DNA from: Candidatus Saccharimonadota bacterium
GTDB taxonomy: Bacteria > Patescibacteriota > Saccharimonadia > Saccharimonadales > UBA4665
Assembly (NCBI GenBank): GCA_027314885.1
Contig: DAHUZY010000001.1
Coordinates: forward strand, 1 to 52,774
Direction: 5' to 3'
DNA length: 52,774 nucleotides
The notes below the pieces were generated by a model. The model did no database searches, was not told the origin of the DNA, and was given only the letters and a program-made list of their open reading frames with translations. The position numbers and the translations under genes are program-made. Positions within the stretch are counted from its first letter, which is position 1; every line of letters begins with the position of its first letter. Below, piece by piece: positions 8,114 through 17,846 of the stretch.

Positions 8114-9235
8114 ATGAGTAAGACTATAGAGATTCAAGGACAGCTATATGATGCAGAAAGCGGTAGCCCACTAGGGGCTTCGCCGATTAATACTGCCCAG
8201 CCATATGCCGCCCGGCCACGGCCAAGCTATATCCAACCCCGTCAACAAATAGACCGAGCTCTGCCGCAGCGCCCAGCCATAAATGCCCTCAAAGCTCACG
8301 CACCTGAACCAACGCCTGTGCTTATGCGCAGTGCGGTTAAGAGGCCGGCTCCGTATCAGACAATTCGCACAGCTCGACCTCCACAACTGATTGACCAAGT
8401 GAAGCCTGTACAACCAGCCCGGCCAATGCAACAGACACAAACGATGCCTCAAACAGTCAACCAGCAGTTACGAAACACGGGTGCGCCATTGAACCGTACC
8501 GTCAACTATTTCTCACCACCCGTTGCTACACCATCCCCGGCCACACCACCCGTTGCTACACCATCCCCGGCCACACCTCCCCCCCTTACGCCAACACCTA
8601 CTCCTATACCGCCATCTCTACAGCCGGCGCCAACGTATACACCGCCTACATCTGGCCCAATTTCCGCACCCTCTCAGTCACCAAACAGTGGCGATGTATT
8701 CACTCATGCACTTGAGGCATTCTCAGAGGACCAATCGGCCCACGAGCCACGGGCAGCCAAGCGACGGGGTCGCTCAAAACGGCGCCTCGCGTTCATGACC
8801 GCCGTCCCCGTTATGCTGCTCGCGATTGGCATCATCATGATCGTGAAAGACCATGCCTATACGCGTCTGCAGCTCGCCCTTGCTTCAGCGTCGGCCGGCT
8901 TTCGTACCACAGAGCCCGGTTACGTACCTGCAGGGTATAACGTTGGTCAGCTTAATTACAAGAAAGACGTCTTTGCGAGCACCTTTACTGATAAAACAAA
9001 CGGCAAGACGTACACACTCACTGAAAAGAAAGTGGGTGGAAATGGACAGGTTTTGCTGGAAACCTACGTGGCAATAACATACCCTCATTACCAATCGGTG
9101 AGTCGCAGTGGCCAAACAATCTATCTATATGGCAACGGTACAGCTTCATGGGTTAAGAATGGCATTTGGTATCAGGTGACCAGTCATGGCTCCCTCAATA
9201 ACTTCCAACTGATCAATGTAGCAGACAGCATATGA
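8114..9235 (+). CDS. Proline-rich single-pass membrane protein with DUF4367-like C-terminal domain
   Basis: Internal Met of track ORF 8036..9235 (MSKTIEIQGQLYD...). It has a long P/T/A-rich segment, a TM (LAFMTAVPVMLLAIGIIMIV) and a C-terminal GYVPAGYNVGQLNY...YTLTEKK...IYLYGNGTASWVKNGIWYQV. The C-terminus resembles DUF4367 from memory. Confidence 0.55.
   Translation: MSKTIEIQGQLYDAESGSPLGASPINTAQPYAARPRPSYIQPRQQIDRALPQRPAINALKAHAPEPTPVLMRSAVKRPAPYQTIRTARPPQLIDQVKPVQPARPMQQTQTMPQTVNQQLRNTGAPLNRTVNYFSPPVATPSPATPPVATPSPATPPPLTPTPTPIPPSLQPAPTYTPPTSGPISAPSQSPNSGDVFTHALEAFSEDQSAHEPRAAKRRGRSKRRLAFMTAVPVMLLAIGIIMIVKDHAYTRLQLALASASAGFRTTEPGYVPAGYNVGQLNYKKDVFASTFTDKTNGKTYTLTEKKVGGNGQVLLETYVAITYPHYQSVSRSGQTIYLYGNGTASWVKNGIWYQVTSHGSLNNFQLINVADSI
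8516..8575 (+). repeat. Perfect 30-bp tandem duplication inside the proline-rich CDS
   Basis: ccacccgttgctacaccatccccggccaca occurs at 8516-8545 and again at 8546-8575, encoding PPVATPSPAT twice. Confidence 0.9.
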
Positions 9236-10662
9236 CAAATACGGTGCGTACCCGTTTTGCGCCCAGCCCTACCGGCTATCTGCACGTCGGGGGAATTAGG
9301 ACCGCGCTCTTTGCCTGGCTGACAGCCAGACAGCATAACGGTGCTTTTATACTTCGCTTTGAAGATACAGATAAGACACGCGAGGTACCGGGTGCCCGCC
9401 AGCATGTCATTGAGAGCTTAAGGGCAGTTGGCATAGATTACGATGAAGGCCCGGATAAAAGCGGGCCCTACGGACCCTATGTGCAGAGTGAGCGGCTCGA
9501 TATATATCATGAATGGGCGGAAAAACTACTGGCCAGCGGCCGAGCCTATGTAGATCCGTATACCGCCGAGCAGGTGCAGGCCTTCCGAGAAGCAGCACAG
9601 GCCAGTCATCAACCGTTTTTGTTTCGTAACCATCGTCCTGAACAAAAACTAAAGTGGGATGGACAGAGCCCGCTCAGATTCATGAGCCAGCCTAAAGCAT
9701 ATAAGTGGCATGATGTCGTAATGGGGGATTTACAGAGTGGACCAGAAGTGATTGACGACTTTATACTTATTAAGTCTGATGGCTTCCCGACATATAACTT
9801 CGCTCATATTATTGACGATTATGAAATGAAAATATCGCATGTCATGCGTGGACAGGAATTTCTCGCCAGCGTACCGAACTACCTTAATCTATATGAAGCA
9901 CTCGCATTCACCCCGCCGCTGCTCGTCACATTGCCGCATATCCTAGCTCCGGAAGGTAACCGTAAACTGAGCAAAAGAGACGGCGCTACAGACGTACTTG
10001 ACTATATTCGTTTGGGCTACCCGCCTGATGCCTTAATCAGCTTTATTGCCACGCTTGGGTGGAATGACGGTACCGAACAGGAAGTTTTTACTCGGGACGA
10101 GCTTATCCAGAAGTTTAGTTTAAAGAGAGTCCAAAAGAGCGGAGCACACTTCGATGAGCGTCGACTTAACTGGATTAGCGGTACCTATATTCGGAACATG
10201 CCGCTTACCGACCTATCCTTGCAAGCTGCCTCGTATTGGCCCGAGGAAGCTGCCGACGCCAGCGATGAGTATAAAAAACGCGTTCTCTCGCTTGTGCAAG
10301 AACGGCTGAAATATCTTTCCGAGCTAGCAGCTCTCAGCCGCTTCTTCTTTGTTGACTTACCGGTTGATCTGGACCTCATTGTCAAGGATAAGAAACTCAG
10401 TAAGCTGGGAATGCCTGAGTTGAAAGCTATGCTTACTTCGGCTCGAGAGACTTTGGAAACAACCAGCTTTTCAGTAACTGAGCTCACCGCTCAACTTAAT
10501 CAACTACTTGTAAGTCTTTCACAAAAACCAGCAATCCTTTTCAGCCTGATCAGAATTGCGGTTACTTCGGCTCCCTCAAGCCCCGGACTGGCTGACACGC
10601 TGGCAGTCCTCGGCAAGGAATGCAGCCTCCGCCGCATTGATGCTTGGCTCAATAACCTGTAG
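9232..10662 (+). CDS. gltX: Glutamate--tRNA ligase
   Basis: RFAPSPTGYLHVGGIRTALF is the HIGH motif and KLSKRDG is the KMSKS motif. Length is 476 aa. Confidence 0.95.
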   Translation: MTNTVRTRFAPSPTGYLHVGGIRTALFAWLTARQHNGAFILRFEDTDKTREVPGARQHVIESLRAVGIDYDEGPDKSGPYGPYVQSERLDIYHEWAEKLLASGRAYVDPYTAEQVQAFREAAQASHQPFLFRNHRPEQKLKWDGQSPLRFMSQPKAYKWHDVVMGDLQSGPEVIDDFILIKSDGFPTYNFAHIIDDYEMKISHVMRGQEFLASVPNYLNLYEALAFTPPLLVTLPHILAPEGNRKLSKRDGATDVLDYIRLGYPPDALISFIATLGWNDGTEQEVFTRDELIQKFSLKRVQKSGAHFDERRLNWISGTYIRNMPLTDLSLQAASYWPEEAADASDEYKKRVLSLVQERLKYLSELAALSRFFFVDLPVDLDLIVKDKKLSKLGMPELKAMLTSARETLETTSFSVTELTAQLNQLLVSLSQKPAILFSLIRIAVTSAPSSPGLADTLAVLGKECSLRRIDAWLNNL

Positions 10663-10694
10663 GCAATCGGGTTAAGCATGAGTATAATGACAGT

Positions 10695-11957
10695 ATGTCA
10701 TTAGATGATCCCCAGCAACCGCACCGGTCGTCTGGTTTAAGCAATAATAGAAGCTTCCAAACGCCTGAAGAGGCAGCTGCCCGCGATTCGCTCGACGAAG
10801 AAGCGACGCTGCCCGCATCTGAGAATGAAGGTAATGGAACGACAGGAAGAGAGTACAGGCATACTCCCCAGCCGCAGCCACCTTCCAAGCGAGGATTCCT
10901 AGGCTTGCACTGGCCACCTGGTAAAAAAGAATGGCTGGTTATTCTCTTGTTGGCAGTTATTGTCATCGGCGTAATCACGGGCATACTGCTCGCCAGACAC
11001 CATCCAAAGCCAGCACCTGTCAGTCTGCCGCTACAACCTTCTACCTCAAAAAATACCGTCGTCTCACCACTGACTGGGCTACAAGTCTCGCCCGCAGATG
11101 CCAAACTGCCTATCACGGGAGTAATGATAGAGAACAGCGTAGCAGCCCGACCGCAATCCGGCTTAAGTCAGGCCGGGGTAGTCTTCGAAGCACTTACGGA
11201 GGGAGGCATTACGCGCTTTTTGGCGCTGTATCAAGGTAACCAATCGGCCGTATCTATCGGTCCTGTCAGAAGTGCTCGGCCGTATTTCATTGATTGGCTA
11301 TTACCGTTTGACGCCGGTTATGCACATGTCGGTGGTAGTCCAGCAGCCTTGAGCGAAATACCAACCTTACATATGCGGGACATGAACCAGTTCTATTACA
11401 GCAATTACTATAGCCGGATAAGCTCACGGCAAGCACCGCACAATGTTTATACCAACTTGTCCCGTCTCTATGCGCTCGAGTCGTCCAAGGGCTGGACAAC
11501 GAGCACGTTTACCGGCTTTCCCCGTAAAGCTGCTGCACCCGCAAAAACCCCAACCGCTGGCAGTATTAACTTCAACCCTTCATATGGCAGCATGGCCGTA
11601 CATTATAGCTACGATGCTACAAAGAACGACTATCTGCGTAGTGAAGGCGGCAGCCCGATGATTGACCCGGATACCGGCAAACAGATTGCGCCGCAAGTCG
11701 TTATTGCCATGGTTGTGCCAAGAACAAACGGATCACTCGACAGCAGCAACGCATATTATAGCGACTATTCGGATATCGGCAGTGGCCCAGTCTATATCTT
11801 CCAAGACGGCACAGTGACTCAGGGTACATGGCAAAAGTCGAGCCAGAGGTCCCAGATACAGTTCATGAATGCAAGCGGGCAAGCAATCCCGCTGAACCCG
11901 GGGCAGACATGGATTACCGTTCTGAGCCACTCCTCGCTGCTGAGCTATACCCCTTGA
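10695..11957 (+). CDS. DUF3048 domain-containing membrane-anchored protein
   Basis: An N-terminal TM is followed by GVMIENSVAARPQSGLSQAGVVFEALTEGGITRFLALY and SARPYFIDW, typical of YerB/DUF3048 proteins. Confidence 0.8.
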   Translation: MSLDDPQQPHRSSGLSNNRSFQTPEEAAARDSLDEEATLPASENEGNGTTGREYRHTPQPQPPSKRGFLGLHWPPGKKEWLVILLLAVIVIGVITGILLARHHPKPAPVSLPLQPSTSKNTVVSPLTGLQVSPADAKLPITGVMIENSVAARPQSGLSQAGVVFEALTEGGITRFLALYQGNQSAVSIGPVRSARPYFIDWLLPFDAGYAHVGGSPAALSEIPTLHMRDMNQFYYSNYYSRISSRQAPHNVYTNLSRLYALESSKGWTTSTFTGFPRKAAAPAKTPTAGSINFNPSYGSMAVHYSYDATKNDYLRSEGGSPMIDPDTGKQIAPQVVIAMVVPRTNGSLDSSNAYYSDYSDIGSGPVYIFQDGTVTQGTWQKSSQRSQIQFMNASGQAIPLNPGQTWITVLSHSSLLSYTP

Positions 11958-11967
11958 ATATGTTTGT

Positions 11968-13500
11968 ATGAATCATTTGCAAAAATTTCGGCGTCAGCTG
12001 TACAGAATCTTCTTGGGCATATCTGTCCTTGAAGGTGCCGCACTGATTGCTGCCTGGGGACTCACGTCAAAAAGCACTGTTTCGCCGTATATTCTCGCTG
12101 CCGCCGGTGTAGCGGTAATTATTATTAACCTTGCGGTTGCCTATTTAGTTAGTAGTCTGGCGGTTGCACCCCTCCAGTCAGTTTGGCAAGCAGTATTACA
12201 TATTAGCCCCTCGGAGCACGGTTTTGCTGCTCCTCAAACAGACACTCTAGGGCCTGGAAAAGAATTGGCTACTACAGTTATTAGTCAGATTTATGCACTG
12301 AATGACTCCGTCAATAAGGCCGCAACTGTGGCTGAAGCAGAACTTAAAAAACTTACGCACAACTTTATTGCCCAGAACTTACCGTTACCACTTTTTGTGC
12401 TCGATGCCAACAAGACCATTATTTTTGCCAATCAAGCGGCCGCCGACTATGTGGGGCATAAGCAGACCGAATTAGTAGGTCAAAATGTCTACCCCATACT
12501 TGATATGTCGTTCACCAGCACCAATACCTTTGATAATTGGCTCAAGCAGGTACAGGGCACCAAAGCTACTGCCGTCAATATTTGGGAGCGCGTCCGGATC
12601 AACCGCGGCGCCGACCGTCAGGAGCGCTTATTTGATCTTGCTGCGTATTACAACCAGAATAACCCGGATAAGCTTGAGATTATGCTGCTCTTGTTTGACC
12701 ATACCAAGATGTACAGTCAGGATGATCAAGCCATTAGCTTTGTGGCCCTCAGTGTGCATGAACTTCGTACTCCGCTCACTCTGCTGCGGGGATACATAGA
12801 AGTGTTTGAGGAAGAGCTCAGAGCCACAGCCAGTCCTGAATTGCAAGGCTTCATGGATAAGATGAACGCTCAAGCCGAACAGCTCATGGCTTATGTCAAT
12901 AACATACTTAATGTGGCCCGCATAGACAATGATCAGCTTGAACTGCACCTCCAAGAAGCATCATGGCCGGAGGTCTTAAAGTCCGTCATTGATGCATATA
13001 GCTTACGGGCGAAGGTTCGGGGCATTACACTTCATTGCCGGATTGCCAAAAATTTGCCTACTGTCGGGATCGATCGTTTAAGTATCAGTGAAGTTATTAA
13101 CAACCTGATCGATAACGCCATTAAATATAGCGGCCAAAGCCAAGTTATTAACCTTGATACCCACCTTACTCAGGACGGGGTAGTAGAGACGACCGTCCAG
13201 GACTTCGGACTCGGTATTTCCCCGAGCATCATACCCAACCTTTTCACAAAATTCTATCGGGACCACCGCAATCGGGCACAAGTCGGAGGTAACGGTTTGG
13301 GGCTGTATCTAAGCAAAGCTATTGTCAGTGCGCACGGCGGCAACCTCTGGGTCAGAAGCAAAGAGGGAGCTGGCAGCACGTTTGGCTTCACGCTCTTACC
13401 GTACAGCCAATTGGCTGATGAGGCGAAACGGACAGGCAACAACGACCTGGTCAGAGGGGCCCACGGCTGGATTAAGAACCATTCACTATATCGACGTTGA
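11968..13500 (+). CDS. Sensor histidine kinase (2 TM, PAS-like, HisKA, HATPase)
   Basis: The H-box is SVHELRTPLTLLRGYIE, the N-box is NNLIDNAIKYS, and the G-boxes are DFGLGI and GGNGLGLYLSKAIVSAHGGNLWV. Confidence 0.9.
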   Translation: MNHLQKFRRQLYRIFLGISVLEGAALIAAWGLTSKSTVSPYILAAAGVAVIIINLAVAYLVSSLAVAPLQSVWQAVLHISPSEHGFAAPQTDTLGPGKELATTVISQIYALNDSVNKAATVAEAELKKLTHNFIAQNLPLPLFVLDANKTIIFANQAAADYVGHKQTELVGQNVYPILDMSFTSTNTFDNWLKQVQGTKATAVNIWERVRINRGADRQERLFDLAAYYNQNNPDKLEIMLLLFDHTKMYSQDDQAISFVALSVHELRTPLTLLRGYIEVFEEELRATASPELQGFMDKMNAQAEQLMAYVNNILNVARIDNDQLELHLQEASWPEVLKSVIDAYSLRAKVRGITLHCRIAKNLPTVGIDRLSISEVINNLIDNAIKYSGQSQVINLDTHLTQDGVVETTVQDFGLGISPSIIPNLFTKFYRDHRNRAQVGGNGLGLYLSKAIVSAHGGNLWVRSKEGAGSTFGFTLLPYSQLADEAKRTGNNDLVRGAHGWIKNHSLYRR

Positions 13501-13528
13501 AAGAAAGCGCTACAATTAACTAAGAACC

Positions 13529-13948
13529 ATGCAGCCACAACATCAACCATCACCACACTCAACTCCTTTGCAGATACTCTGTGTTGAAGATGAGCAGTTT
13601 ATAAGCGAGCTATATAGCCGTGCCCTGCGCGGGGCAGGCTACGAGGTAACCGTCATTGCCGACGGGGAGAGAGCGCTTGAGGTCGCCCAGACTAACACCT
13701 ACGATGTGATCCTGCTCGATCTTATGATTCCCAACCTCTCTGGCATTGAGATTTTACGGGCACTACGAGATCCTGCTCGAGTTCCACCCATCCGGGCCAA
13801 AATTATTATTATTACTAATTTAGAACAGCGCAAAGAGGTGCGCGCCGATATTGAAAGTCAGGCGGACGGGTATCTTGTCAAAGCCGAGATTACCCCCAAA
13901 GAGTTACTGGAATTCATTCAAAGAATGATACCAAATGAAATTCAATAA
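13529..13948 (+). CDS. Single-domain response regulator (receiver only)
   Basis: Carries VEDE (acidic pocket), DVILLDLMIP (phosphoacceptor Asp present), IIIITN and LVKAEITPKEL. No output domain. Confidence 0.9.
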   Translation: MQPQHQPSPHSTPLQILCVEDEQFISELYSRALRGAGYEVTVIADGERALEVAQTNTYDVILLDLMIPNLSGIEILRALRDPARVPPIRAKIIIITNLEQRKEVRADIESQADGYLVKAEITPKELLEFIQRMIPNEIQ

Positions 13949-14237
13949 CAGTCTTGTCGGTCCGGCCCTCCGGGGCCTATAATAGATGGTAGCCACGTGC
14001 AGACTTCTATATATGATTTACTGTACGGACTTTATTAAGAATCAAGATTATATGCTCCTTTCATAGCCCCTATAATCTTTCATCGCTTCAGTTTCCAGCT
14101 ACAGGAAGAGTCATAGAACGGTTGACCCATCTTCTGGCTGTAAGCTTTAACCACTACAAAAGCCGTTCTACTGGCAGCCGAGACCTGCCGGAGCATATTT
14201 CTTTTACTTATTAACATTTTTATCAAGGGGTAGAGCG

Positions 14238-14531
14238 ATGAATATAGTAGACTTTAGTGAGCAGGAAATTGAGATAACCGCCGTTTATTTCCGGGCAGAC
14301 CACACTAACCAGGTGACTGTCACCAGTTTTCCAAAGCGGATGGTATTAAGCGGCCGCGAGTACACCTTCTCGAGCGACAGTCTGCGCTATAGGGTGCAGC
14401 GAGGCCGTGAACTGATACAGCTGTTCGATGTCAGTGACGAACACACACAGTATCGTCTGCGACTCGAGCCCAGTCGGCGCTGGACACTAGTAGGCATGAA
14501 GGCTAAGAAGGCGGTCGAACATGCAGCCTGA
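14238..14531 (+). CDS. Hypothetical 97-aa protein, first gene of the umuDC-like operon
   Basis: AAGGGG sits before ATG 14238. The 3' end overlaps the umuD-like start by 11 nt. No family recognised. Confidence 0.5.
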   Translation: MNIVDFSEQEIEITAVYFRADHTNQVTVTSFPKRMVLSGREYTFSSDSLRYRVQRGRELIQLFDVSDEHTQYRLRLEPSRRWTLVGMKAKKAVEHAA

Positions 14532-14871
14532 CGACACACTGGAGGAAAGTGAAAGCCTGCTTGCTATTCACAAAGGCTTTCCCAATCCGGCGCTAGAGAG
14601 AAAGCAGGGATTTGCACTCGACCTCAACCAGCTGCTGGTGCGGCAGCCGCGGAGCACCTACCTGTTTCGGGTTGCTGGTCATCGGCTCGCAGACCAGGGG
14701 ATATATGACGGTGACATTGTAGTCGTTGACCGGGCTGTCTCTGTTCGCCCAAATGACTATGTGCTCAATTGGCAAGAGGACAACTTCGGGCTGCGCCGTG
14801 GCCATCAACTCTTAGAGAACGACGAGCACTGGGGCGTAGTGACGGCCGTCATTCATCGGTATAGAATATGA
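14521..14871 (+). CDS. UmuD-like S24 peptidase-fold protein lacking the catalytic Ser/Lys dyad
   Basis: GFPNPALERKQGFALDLNQLLVRQPRSTYLFRVAGHRLADQGIYDGDIVVVDR aligns with E. coli UmuD [52 protein letters not shown]. GDSM is replaced by GHRL, and VKKL by LRRG. Confidence 0.8.
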   Translation: MQPDDTLEESESLLAIHKGFPNPALERKQGFALDLNQLLVRQPRSTYLFRVAGHRLADQGIYDGDIVVVDRAVSVRPNDYVLNWQEDNFGLRRGHQLLENDEHWGVVTAVIHRYRI

Positions 14872-16142
14872 GCACTCCCCGCTTTGCCCTGATTGATTGT
14901 GACAACTTCTTTGTGAGCTGTGAGCGCCTGTTCAGGCCTGACCTCACACATCAACCAGTAGTGGTATTAAGCAGCAACGACGGCTGCGTGGTATCGCGCT
15001 CCCGGGAAGCAAAGGCTCTCGGTATACCGATGGGTGCACCGGCGTTTCAGTACCGCACTTTCTTCCAAGAGCATCGTATTGTACAGTTCAGCGCCAACTT
15101 CGAACTTTACGGAGATATCTCCAAACGCTTGCTGGATTGCCTGCTGGCACTTACCCCTAGAGTGGAGGCCTACTCGGTTGATGAAGCATTTATAGATCTG
15201 GACGAACTGCCGGTATCTAATTGGCAGGAGTGGGGAAGTGTCATTCGTCGCCGTATCCTCAGAGATATTGGCGTACCGGTTTCAATCGGCATCGCACCAA
15301 CCAAAACTCTCGCCAAATTAGCTGCCAGCCAGGCCAAGCATTTACCCATACTCCGCGGGGTACTCGCACTACAACCAGAAACCACTACGGGGTATCTACA
15401 AAATACAGCCATTGAAGATATTTGGGGTATTGGCCGGCGACTGACACCGAAACTGAAGGCAGCTGGCATCTATAGCGCCTACGACGTGCAGCAGTTACGA
15501 CCTCGGTACGCAAAACAGTTACTAGGCAGCATCCACGGCCGGCAGTTAGTAGCCGAGCTGAGCGGGCAAAGTTGCTATCCAATTGAGCTTGCCGCCCGGC
15601 AGCGGCAGAGCATTATGCACGGCCGTATGTTCGGTGAAGATACTGACCGGACCGGCGTCATCGAAGCCGCTATTGTGAGCCTCACCAACAAAGCAGCCAT
15701 GGGATTAAGGCGTGAGGGGTTGCTCGCTCAACGAGCCGCTATCGTCTTAAGTACCAACCGCCACAAGCCAGGCTATCGTCGGGTAGTCCGGTCGTTTGAG
15801 CTGGATCCACCAACCACTGACGGCGGGCAAATAGCCGCCCGACTAGTACACACCCTGGCGCCTGATTTAAGCGCTCACACTCCATATCACCGGGTCAATG
15901 TATTGCTCGATGGCCTCCTGCCTGAGCACAGTCTTCAGGCCGACCTCTTCAGGCAGCGGCTACCAGCGATACAAGCAACAAGGCGCCGCCTTGGGGCTAT
16001 CGACCGCATCAACGCCAAGTACGGCCCACGCACTATCCGCTCGGCAGCTGAAGACCTCAGCTCCGCTTGGCAACCAAAGCGAGCCTGGCGCAGCCCACGC
16101 TACACAACTCAGTGGCAGGAATTGCCGCTGCTCAGTCGATAG
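14868..16142 (+). CDS. umuC: Y-family translesion DNA polymerase, UmuC-like
   Basis: RFALIDCDNFFVSCERLFRPDLTHQPVVVLSSNDGCVVSRSREAKALGIPMG closely parallels the UmuC N-terminus. It overlaps the umuD-like stop by 4 nt. Confidence 0.9.
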   Translation: MSTPRFALIDCDNFFVSCERLFRPDLTHQPVVVLSSNDGCVVSRSREAKALGIPMGAPAFQYRTFFQEHRIVQFSANFELYGDISKRLLDCLLALTPRVEAYSVDEAFIDLDELPVSNWQEWGSVIRRRILRDIGVPVSIGIAPTKTLAKLAASQAKHLPILRGVLALQPETTTGYLQNTAIEDIWGIGRRLTPKLKAAGIYSAYDVQQLRPRYAKQLLGSIHGRQLVAELSGQSCYPIELAARQRQSIMHGRMFGEDTDRTGVIEAAIVSLTNKAAMGLRREGLLAQRAAIVLSTNRHKPGYRRVVRSFELDPPTTDGGQIAARLVHTLAPDLSAHTPYHRVNVLLDGLLPEHSLQADLFRQRLPAIQATRRRLGAIDRINAKYGPRTIRSAAEDLSSAWQPKRAWRSPRYTTQWQELPLLSR

Positions 16143-16162
16143 GAAAGGCGTGCTGGCTCTGT

Positions 16163-16744
16163 CTAAAATACAAACGGGATAAGCATCTTACTGGTCTTCA
16201 TGTACGTCTTGTACCGCTTACCGAACTGCCTTATAAGGTATTTTTCTTCTTTATAGGCGCTAAAGATGAAGTAAACACCAATAAACAGCAAAATAATGAG
16301 CCAGTAGAGGCCGGCACCCAGGGCAGTACCAAGCAGAGCAAGCAGCATCCCGGAATAGATTGGATGACGAACATAGCGGTAAGGACCAGATGTAACAAGC
16401 TCAGGATCTTGCTTCTGACTCATGGGCATACCCCAGTTTCTGCCAATATGCATCCGGGCCCAGACAGAAAAAAGTAGTCCTATGACCACAAGAATTGTAC
16501 CGATTATGGCCAAGGCAAGGCTTCCCTCAGATGCACTATTATGGCTCAGCATATGCTGTGACATACCTGAACCCTTGAGACTAATTCGCAGTAAGAAGAG
16601 AGCCAATAGCACTATAAGCAAACGCATGCCGGGGTAACCGCCAAAACTACTGCCTACATTACGTTTCGACTGTGTTGCCGAAATGAACCAATACACCCAA
16701 AAGATCACCCAAGCAGCCAAGATAAATAAACGCATCCCCTGCAT
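16163..16744 (-). CDS. Isoprenylcysteine carboxyl methyltransferase (ICMT)/phospholipid methyltransferase family membrane protein
   Basis: GPYRYVRHPIYSGMLLALLGTAL is the family signature, and there are multiple TM helices. The start is trimmed to Met21 of track ORF 16163..16804. A TATAAT lies 6 nt upstream of it on the reverse strand, so the mRNA may be leaderless. Confidence 0.7.
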   Translation of the reverse strand: MQGMRLFILAAWVIFWVYWFISATQSKRNVGSSFGGYPGMRLLIVLLALFLLRISLKGSGMSQHMLSHNSASEGSLALAIIGTILVVIGLLFSVWARMHIGRNWGMPMSQKQDPELVTSGPYRYVRHPIYSGMLLALLGTALGAGLYWLIILLFIGVYFIFSAYKEEKYLIRQFGKRYKTYMKTSKMLIPFVF

Positions 16745-16899
16745 GTATACATTATAACAACAAACCCTCAAACTTGCGTCGTAACTGCACGCCCCCATCA
16801 TCATTCGTACCTACGCACGCTACTGAGAACATAGGGTGGTAAGGTTTTTGCTCAATATGGTGAAGTAGGGGAGTAACTGCGAGACTCAATAAACGTCTG

Positions 16900-17634
16900 T
16901 TAGCTACAGTTTTCCTTGATGCCACTCTTCACGAGTAAGTAGTTGACAGGATATGCGGTGAAAAAGCCAAGTATCATAGACAGTTGCATGAGGAGCCAAT
17001 AACTGGACGTTGTTTTAGCAAGCGGGTATTGGAATATAAGCATCTGATATATAAACATGCCGACAAATAGACCCACCTGAAAGGAAATAATCGATAGGGT
17101 ATCGGCAGTAATGGCTTGCCGCAAACCTTCAAGTTTGCCTAGGCCTGGACGCATCGGAACAATTGTAAAATACTGAAATATGATACCAAGCGACCAGGCC
17201 AAGACAAAGTCAAATATAAAATCCACGTACATAGAGTGTCCGGCTATAGTAAGCCCGAGCGCAAATACTATCCACCCCCCAACAATATCCCCCAGCGTGC
17301 AGCCGGCCCCACAGTGAAAAACTGATTCAGCTGTTTGGTACCAATGAATTACATCATTACTCTGTGCTCCATGCTGTTGGCCACGCATGGTCTCTATGGA
17401 TGTAGCCCTCCCATATTTATAATAGAACCAAAGGGCAAATGGACCGAAGTATAAAGCTGTGATAGCATACACAGCCTCCATGATCTTCATGTGCTGACGG
17501 TGGCCTCGTTTGTAGATGTCAAAAAGGATGATCAATAAACTTGCGAAAGCTACTACAAGTGATATCCAGCCAATTATTTCAAGCCAGCTCGGGGGGACTG
17601 AATGCATCTCCATCATTTTAAGTCTATACCTCAT
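16900..17634 (-). CDS. DUF4396-like polytopic membrane protein
   Basis: Contains the FHCGAGCTLGDIVGGW motif, recalled as the DUF4396 HCxAGC signature, and about 6 TM helices. The start may be an internal Met. Confidence 0.55.
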   Translation of the reverse strand: MRYRLKMMEMHSVPPSWLEIIGWISLVVAFASLLIILFDIYKRGHRQHMKIMEAVYAITALYFGPFALWFYYKYGRATSIETMRGQQHGAQSNDVIHWYQTAESVFHCGAGCTLGDIVGGWIVFALGLTIAGHSMYVDFIFDFVLAWSLGIIFQYFTIVPMRPGLGKLEGLRQAITADTLSIISFQVGLFVGMFIYQMLIFQYPLAKTTSSYWLLMQLSMILGFFTAYPVNYLLVKSGIKENCS

Positions 17635-17846
17635 CCAAGTTCTCTAAAAGCAAGTCAAAATGTACGGCAGGGAGCATATGTGAATAAGACTTGAGGCATA
17701 ACAACTTACACACATCAAATCCAATAGCCCCAGATAACTAGGACATAAGGTCCGATTAACCAACAGTTCCACCAATGTCAGTTTTACATAGTTCTAATCC
17801 TGCGCAACCTCAAATAAGCGTACTAGCTGCTGCCAAGCATTCTATA

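Noticed and set aside
10649-11116. 155-aa minus-strand ORF antisense to the DUF3048 gene start
   Set aside because: It overlaps two well-supported plus-strand genes and has a Ser/Gly/Cys-rich off-frame composition.
13950-14237. TACTGTA and GAACGGTTGA strings as possible LexA/SOS boxes upstream of umuDC
   Set aside because: Neither completes a CTGT-N8-ACAG or GAAC-N4-GTTC palindrome, so no credible SOS box could be supported by eye.
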